Assembly (NCBI GenBank): GCA_003344405.1
Contig: NOWV01000025.1
Coordinates: 620,001-684,000, forward strand
Direction: 5' to 3'
Source of the DNA: Trichoplax sp. H2
Lineage: Eukaryota
Length of the DNA stretch: 64,000 nt
The notes under the pieces are model-generated. The model saw only the letters and a program-made list of their open reading frames with translations, was not told where the DNA came from and made no database searches. Positions 56,456 through 64,000 of the stretch are shown piece after piece. Made by a program: the position numbers and the translations under genes. How positions within the stretch are numbered: the first letter of the stretch is position 1; each line of letters begins with the position of its first letter.

Positions 56456-57495
56456 ATGCTTATCATACAAACTGTATTGTTTCCATATGGCAACAAGAAG
56501 TCTAAGAGCAACTGCGATAGCGGCTGCGCGAATTAAAGGGTTTATTAAGGTAACTTTCATGACAGAGCTTATTTTGCAGTCTTGCGCACCCATTTCTAGA
56601 CTTTTCCATACAAAAACATACGCTGCGAAAACAGAATTTAGTATGAAATTGGCCGTAACGCAGGTAGAGTAAAGCACAGCAACAGCAATTCGTACCGTGG
56701 TGAACCTTTAAACGATCCGTGCGCAGAAGCTCAGATTTTTGCAGCACAAAATCGCCATTTCTCCTTTTCTCCAACAAGTAATGGCGTTCCTCCACCAAAT
56801 TGATGCTGTTCGGTAGCCCTCACTGAGCTGTACACGTACATACCGAATTCGGTGCATACTAATTGAAGGCTAAAATACAGTGAGGGCAATTTTGCCTTAG
56901 CAATATCAATAACAAATATAATGGATGAACCATTGACGTTGGCCACTTTATGTTAACAAAATTAAATAGTATCATGCGAACTTAACTCTGAAAGTGATTC
57001 TTACGGCTATAAAATGCAAGATTACCAATAATTTATTATTTTTATCAAGACATTATCGTAATGACTTATTTTAATAACTTCATAATCAGTGATAACGAAT
57101 TAATTTAGGCTGGGGCATTTGCAACCATGTACAGTGGGCGGTACTGTATTTTGAGGTATACAAATACAATACATCAATTAATATCGAAAACATGCAAGAT
57201 TAACCAGCTCTGAGTAATTAATCACCACCAAATTTCAATATAATTCACGATTCTTCAGTATGGCATATTGCCTGCATAGAAGACATAAACGGGATACATG
57301 TATTGTCAATGACAAGTTGTTAAGTGAGCTCTTATGTAAAGTAACAACGCAGAGGTCATGCTATTTTGGAGTTACCAATGGATTCAGAATGAATCAGCCT
57401 AGTTTGGTATTTATAGGAATTGAATAAGGTTATATGCTAACGTAATAGTAGCGCGAATCTATTAGAGCATTACATGGATATACTCGTAGATGTAG

Positions 57496-58550
57496 CTATC
57501 TAAGACTACACTTTTCTTTCCTAGCGAACGTAACTCTACTCCAGCAAATGTATTTTTCACCGGTTCTTGAAAAAGATTTCGAAGTGAAATGACGAGGCTA
57601 ACGACTTAAATTTTTAGTCTAAAAGCTATAAAATTGGATATTCATCAGTTTAATCTTTGCTAATACTTACTTTGATTGCAGCAGGGCCATAAACATGTTT
57701 CGTAAGCATATAGATAAAACAACTTCCTGTTATAAACTGAATTACTCCAATGATAGCCGAAACAACATTGAACCACAGAGTTGATTCTCGGACTTCAGAA
57801 TTTTTAAGATTCAAGTTCGATGATAGATTAATACCAAGTTGGATAGATGATGTGATCAACGTAATAAGGGAGAAAAAGTAGAAGCAGTGTAGCTAAGGTT
57901 TACAATATAAACGGAATAAGAGAATTCGAAAATGTAAGAGCTATGCAATTACTTAATTAAATGTTTTAACGCAATGCAGTATAGTAAAAGTAATTTATAC
58001 ACATTACACAGTAATATCACTACATGAGATTGAATACTACTACAACAACGATAATTCATTCATTGGACTGAAATCTTACCAAATGGGGCTTGGTTTGATT
58101 CTTTTGACTAATAATAGAATAATATCCGCTTGGAATATACTATAAGAGACAGCGCCCGGAATTAAATAAAGTAAAATATCCTGTAAGATGAATCTACTTT
58201 AAATTTATAATTTACATAAGCCTCATAATTTTAACATTTGAATTATCCCTGCTACCGGTATCCTGTTATGATTACTTGGTAGCACTTACCAAGATCGCTC
58301 CCCAAACATTAACGGCAATAGCCATTGCGGGATTGTATTTATGATTAGAATCCACGAGGCCAAAAATACCGATTACAAAGCTTGATATACTAACTAATAT
58401 ACAGTTATAGCCAAGATTCCGTGATGGAAGATGAACACTCTGTGGTAATGAGTAGATGGAATCTGAAGAGCGATCAGTCTCAGTAGTAACGTCTTCCATA
58501 GCAGAAGTGTCTTCTGTAGTCGTCTCTTCACAAGTAAAGTCGATGGACAT
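57496..58550 (-). CDS. CD20/MS4A-like four-pass membrane protein, paralog 1 (3' end uncertain)
   Basis: Exon 1 ...LGYNCILVSISSFVIGIFGL...AVNVWGAIL | YIPSGYYSIISQKNQTKPHL | LHCFYFFSLITLITSSIQLGI...WFNVVSAIIGVIQFITGSCFIYML. Four hydrophobic segments and a WG....I.SG...I motif split by an intron, as in CD20-family genes. Confidence 0.65.
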
Positions 58551-60859
58551 GGCCAATTATAATGTATAACAATTCCTAGTCTCTAATAAAAATGTAACAG
58601 AAATTAAACTGTTCAACTATTTTAATATGACAGAAAGTATGCAGCAAGAAATTCCGATCCATTAGCAGTGATATTAGGTGATAATTCATTAAAATTGGGG
58701 CATTACCGTTAATTCAGGGATGATCTAAGGCGCTGAAAATGAATTAATCAATTATTATGTCAACTATGGACGTAATAAAATTTTGCAAATCTAATATTTG
58801 TGCAGAAAATACAAAATAGTTTTTACAATGCATCAAAATAATGTTAGAACGTTAAGCGAACATTAATAGAATATCAAGCGAACATCAATAGAACATCAAG
58901 CGAAATCATATCATGTGTAGAGCATAATCACACATACCAAGACAGCATCTGCTATGATAATCTGATAGTTTCATAGTATACATATTTCGCAGCGTTTAAT
59001 CATTTATAAAGTCATCGATCATGTTCAATGAACTCTACAAATTTCAATTCTGGTATTTTACTATTAGCAGAGATATTAGATGCACGAATCGTAATTTAGT
59101 ACCAGGTTGAATTATTAATTCGTAACTAGATTCTTAATTAAAAATTTTTGCTACCGAGGCATCGGCAAGGAGTTCAAAAAATTAGTTGAGCCATATCTCA
59201 TTATAACTTTGTCAATCACAAGTTTTTTCCTATGGTCTGCCATTGCTAAAATTAAAATAAAACTGTATCATACGGGTATACTTAATTACTGTTACAGTGA
59301 GTCATTATAAATTATAGCTGCGCAATATTGCCAGGCTTGTTAAATTTTTTGAGTTATTTAAACAAATGTCATGATATTCTATATCTAATAATAGCATTCC
59401 ATTTAAATTTGATCGTTAAACTCAAATCAATTTCGATTGTTTCCTACGGTGATTTTCAAAATAATTTATTGTGAACGAAAATGTCATACTTTACAGTTTG
59501 GCCGATTGAAGGATTAGAAAACTAGTAAGATTTGTTTCTGAATTTGTTCATATTATAAAGCTTACAAAAAGAAACTAGTGCCATCCATTATCTACAACTA
59601 TTATTAACTTCGATGCACGCGTAGATCGGAATCGTCTAATTGCAAACTTTGATGAAATACCTTACTTTTAATTCAAACCGTTTTATCGCATTAAATGCGA
59701 GTTGCTGAAGTAAGCGGGATTTACTGTTTAAATTGATTACGAAAGAACTGATGCAAATTACCTTTCTGCAATTAGTTTCTGTAGTCATAGTTCTATAAAA
59801 ATAAGTCATATAAATAAATGAATCCATACAATTAATGATATACAGGAATCACGCTGGAATCACAGATTTCATCGACATCGTAGAGAATTTGATCAGTGAC
59901 TGTATCACCTATCGACTGCATTATTTGCATATTATTTATAGTAGAATATGTCTATATTGAGGTAATGATTCCAAGAAACGAATATTTGCAGTGAATTTAC
60001 TTATAGAGAATCACTAACATGGCACAGTGAAATATTTTCAAAGTGTGAATATTCTCACCTTTAAAATAAGACAATAATTTTACCCTACTAATCTACTATA
60101 TTTTATATCGTGCAATTTGTAAAGATTTGAATTCACAGTAAAGATAGTAAATTAAAGGCGTATTGATAGGAGTATCCGTCAGCAAACCAGTTATGCAATA
60201 TTTTATCTACTTAATCCCATTTTCAGCTTTTTTATCGCTAAATATTTTAGAATTTTTCGCCCAGTTACCTTTTATATTGTACACATTAAAGAAACGGTTT
60301 TGATTTAAATAGTGATTTAATTTTGACAAAGTATTTCTCCTATATGAAGACTTCCATAAAATTTATATCTATTTTATGGGATTAGTTTAGTGTACTCGCA
60401 ACTTTAAGAACAATGTCGTAGTTTATATCCCTAAATACCATTCCCATCGACTCTATTCTGATAATGAATTGAATTTTGATTCAATTTACTTCTAATTCAA
60501 ACAATTTTATATTGACAGGTATTTGGTTTTAAAATCATTTTTAAAATTTACTATTACTTAGGTTATTTTAAATCATATTATACAACTATTGAAATTAAGT
60601 TTAAATGACTTACTTAAATGTATTATAGCGAAACAAATTATGAGTTACTGTAGATCCAATCCTTAATTGCAAATAAGGAATTAAAATGTTTTACGAATAC
60701 AACTGTTAATGGAATCTTTTGAAACATATAAATATACGTAAGGTAAAATATTAAATAGGTAAGCTTAGGAGAGAATTTTTTCGAGGGATAATTGTTGCTG
60801 TAAACAGTTAATCAACTATATGATAGGTATCTAGTTGAAAAATCAAGCCAATTCGTTTT

Positions 60860-61740
60860 AAATGCGATTTTATTAGTTCACTTGCTGTGTGACTAGCACT
60901 TTCTAAATTTATGTTCTTTTCGAGTAGAAGTCGCTTTGAAATTGATTGATTTCTGAGTCCTGTAATGAATGCTTATAGTAGGACTGAGGATAGTTCAGAT
61001 GGCGAGAACTCGCAGGTAGAAGCCAAAAGGTGGAGGTTTGCTACAAAAGTCTGTAGTGTTTCACCTTCTTTCTGTCTATACGTATATAAGTGACGTCTTT
61101 CAGCTTGTACCATTTGTACAGGTTAAAAATATGTTTGTAGAATGGAATTAATTTCTTTTACTTTGAGATCCAATGGATTTTTTTGGCTAGCTAGATTAGC
61201 TAAGATCTTAAAATATTCAGCGCCCATGCTTACCAATAAATAAGAAATGTGCCTAGATAGCGATACATCGACTGCCGGCATTGTTGCGCGAAATCTTCCT
61301 GAATAGTTGCACCAATCATTTGATTGCAAATCATATTCTGAAAGTGGTAGTGGTAGTACAGACCCCATCCTCGTTGCCAGTTGTGCTGATGTAGGTTATT
61401 TGATATCGGCTAACTCTGTAGGCGGATCTACGGCAGCCATGATACGTTAATAGTAGTGAAGAGCGTGGAGATAGATAGAATGATCGTATTCGAGTGTGTG
61501 TTTTAAAGGGTTTTATTTAAGCAATAGTACGCGTGTTACAAGCTTGACCAACATGTAAGAGTTAGTATCAAGACGTGACATGAAATAAAGCGAGGTAAAG
61601 TAAATTGAATAATATTCTTAGCATGATCGAGTATTTATACCAATGCTTAGTCCTGTGATTACAATAATAAGTTATACTGCATACTGTATGTATTAGTATT
61701 TTCTATAAGATATAACATATTACTTGTCCAACATCATACA
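60860..61740 (-). mobile_element. Truncated Gypsy-type LTR retrotransposon: 5' LTR (61740-61382), PBS (61379-61362), decayed gag (61368 to ~60860)
   Basis: The LTR starts TGTATGATGT, ends ACATCAGCACA, and contains TATAAATA and AATAAA. Then AC-TGGCAACGAGGATGGGGT, close to the complement of the tRNA-Ser(GCU) 3' end. gag-like W..Y..RF...LL..MG...L..L...F*P...AER..L....QKEGE...F.A.L..LASTCEF...*AFITGL...KRLLLE with two in-frame stops. No pol or 3' LTR seen. Confidence 0.88.
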
Positions 61741-62498
61741 AACTGCAGTATAAGTTACATATTACGTATCTAAGATACTACATCTGCTACTGATTATTTG
61801 TGTGGAAGCTTTCTGGGTCGTTAGCGTAAAAGACTGGCAAAGATAAGTTTTGTTTATAAATTAACTTACAACTACACCTCGTTTGCTTAGTTTAAGCATC
61901 CTTATACAGGCATAATAATAACTATGCACTCGTTACTAAATTGAGCATTTATGATATTTTGAAGGGAGTTGATTAATATTTGTACTCGAAATTCCATCAA
62001 AGTTAAAATTGGAGTTTACAATTACTTTAGATTTCATGCTGTAGTTCGCTAGCATTTCATTATTCTTAAAATTGTATTTGTGTTAACAGCAGCCTTGCTT
62101 TTAGTTGATAAAAGTATTTTCTTTTCACAATACAAAGAGTTTGATCGCTGAGTTGAATATTTTTTTACGTTTTAGTGAACTCAGGTAATTCTTTATTCAG
62201 AACATAGTAACGAATTAAAAATTTTATCATAAAACTGAAAGAGAAATAAATATCGTATTCTCAAATTATTGATCTAGTTAGCTATAAAATGGAGACAAAA
62301 TTGAGTTACAGGCTATTTCTTGTTAGCGAGGAAAGTAATTTAAATTTAAATACGTCCATAAGTAAATGCATAGAGAGTAAGTAAAGTATGAAACGAATTT
62401 ACACAAAATGATGGCTTCAGATTAGAAGTTACTGTAAAAAGATACGTAATTAAAGATACTTTAAGCCCTGAGCTATGACTCTTTGATGCTGTATTAAA

Positions 62499-63725
62499 TT
62501 AATATCTTGGTGGCTGGTCAAATGGTACCTTCTCACTTGTCATAGTTGTTGATTGAGGATTAATAATTGCGGTAGATGGCATAGTAGTTCCTCCTGGATA
62601 AATGACAGGACTACCAACTTGCGTTTGCTGAATAGGATTAGCTGGTATTTGTTGTGAGGCTACGTAAGGCATCCCTAAATTAACAGTTAATTTAGTATTT
62701 AGAAGTACTATGCAAATAATTATGGGCTTTGAATATCAGCCTTAATTGAATTTAATTCTAGTTTCAACTAAACGGCAGGATTATGGAGAACCTTTAAAGG
62801 CTAGCTGGCTGCCAATAACTAATAACATTGTGCTAGGCAACGATAGAGAATCTAAGCTTAAGAATTAAAAATTACCATACGAGTAAACTAGAATAGTTCG
62901 CTTCTAAGATTTAAGTATTAAGTTAATATAGAAATCGTTAAAGTATTTGGTTTTATTTCTACTACTATACAATTGTACGAACTTATATTTATACATATTG
63001 AAAGGTAATCATAAAATTCAATTTAATGATGTAATACCTGCAGGTTGGACTGGATCTGAAGTGAAATTGGTATAAACTCTACCTGGAACGGTAGCACCCT
63101 GTATAGGGGAATCAAGGCAATTTAGAATTAGAATCTATGCTGCAATAATCTTAGTATGCGAGTAAAGTGAGTAATTAAAGGCGAGTAGGAAATATTAAGT
63201 AACTGCTGGTTTAAAGCTTTTAGCAAGTAATTTACGGGCAAATAAGCTAAAAGTAATCGATAATCTGAATTATCCTAATTGATTGTCGTACTTTTAATAA
63301 TAACTAACCGGATTGACGCAATAAATGTACTTTGAGAGGATAACAATGAAAGCCAATGTAAAGGAGAAACCAGAGATAGACAAGCAAGTGGAAATGATTC
63401 CTGATGGAATAAATACGTAGTAGCTATATACTAAGCTTGCAACGGATATACCAAAGTGAGGTAGGGAGAAGATAAAGGCAATGATGGAGAATGCGTAGAA
63501 AGAGTGTAACTGTTGATAAAGAAGTATATAAGGTACAGCATACTAAATAAATATTAAGACAAAATTTTTCCGGAAAAGGAATAACAGCGAAATAAAAGGG
63601 AAATACATCTAAATATATATCATAGTCTATCAAGAAATATAGTTTTAGAGAATATTTCATCTTACCAAGCTAACATTGGTTGGAACTTGGTGATGTGCAA
63701 TAGCTAAAGAACCAGCGATTGTGTA
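62499..63725 (-). CDS. CD20/MS4A-like membrane protein, paralog 2 (partial; first exon probably beyond the window end)
   Basis: YTIAGSLAIAHHQVPTNVSL | LHSFYAFSIIAFIFSLPHFGISVASL...GIISTCLSISGFSFTLAFIVILSKYIYCVNP | GATVPGRVY...QPA | GMPYVASQQIPANP...FDQPPRY*. Same exon breaks and LH.FY.FS.I motif as paralog 1. Confidence 0.7.
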
Positions 63726-64000
63726 CTAGATGTAATCAATTCATTTCGGCGTTATAACATTGAATTATAAGATTTCATATAATGTAGAATGATTATTTTC
63801 GATTATTGCATTTTTTAGCAAATCTCTACAGGTTAATAATTTCAGTTAGTACTCGCAAGAAGATTCAGGAACAATGTGATTTTATGAAGAGTGAAAGATT
63901 GGATGTAGATAGTAATGCAGGAAGGTAGCAGACTTTGAAAATTCGCTTCGAAATACAGCAATATCGATTTTAATCAGTATCTTTAGGCATATTAGGTGTG

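Overview
AT-rich (roughly one-third GC), compact, intron-rich animal genomic DNA. The short introns, gene density and TACAGTA-rich spacers suggest a placozoan such as Trichoplax, which is an inference only. Spliced genes assembled by eye, in order: ZNF511 (-), a calsequestrin-like gene (+), HMBS (-), a WRN-type RecQ helicase with no exonuclease domain (+), NIT2 (-), CHEK1 (+), three tandem phospholipid scramblases (-), a short intronless bacterial-type cupin (-), and two CD20/MS4A-like tetraspan genes (-, the second cut by the window end). Also present: a truncated Gypsy LTR retrotransposon (LTR, tRNA-Ser primer site, decayed gag), a probable solo LTR, six unrelated local tandem arrays, and a duplicated segment across a 20-N gap. 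Most interesting: the cupin as a horizontal-transfer candidate; a calsequestrin with no acidic tail ending in KQEL; the exonuclease-less WRN that keeps C-terminal Ku-binding motifs and has twin 47-nt exons; and the MS4A-like pair. Exon boundaries were read manually and some are approximate. Most ORFs in the supplied track are spurious or single exons.
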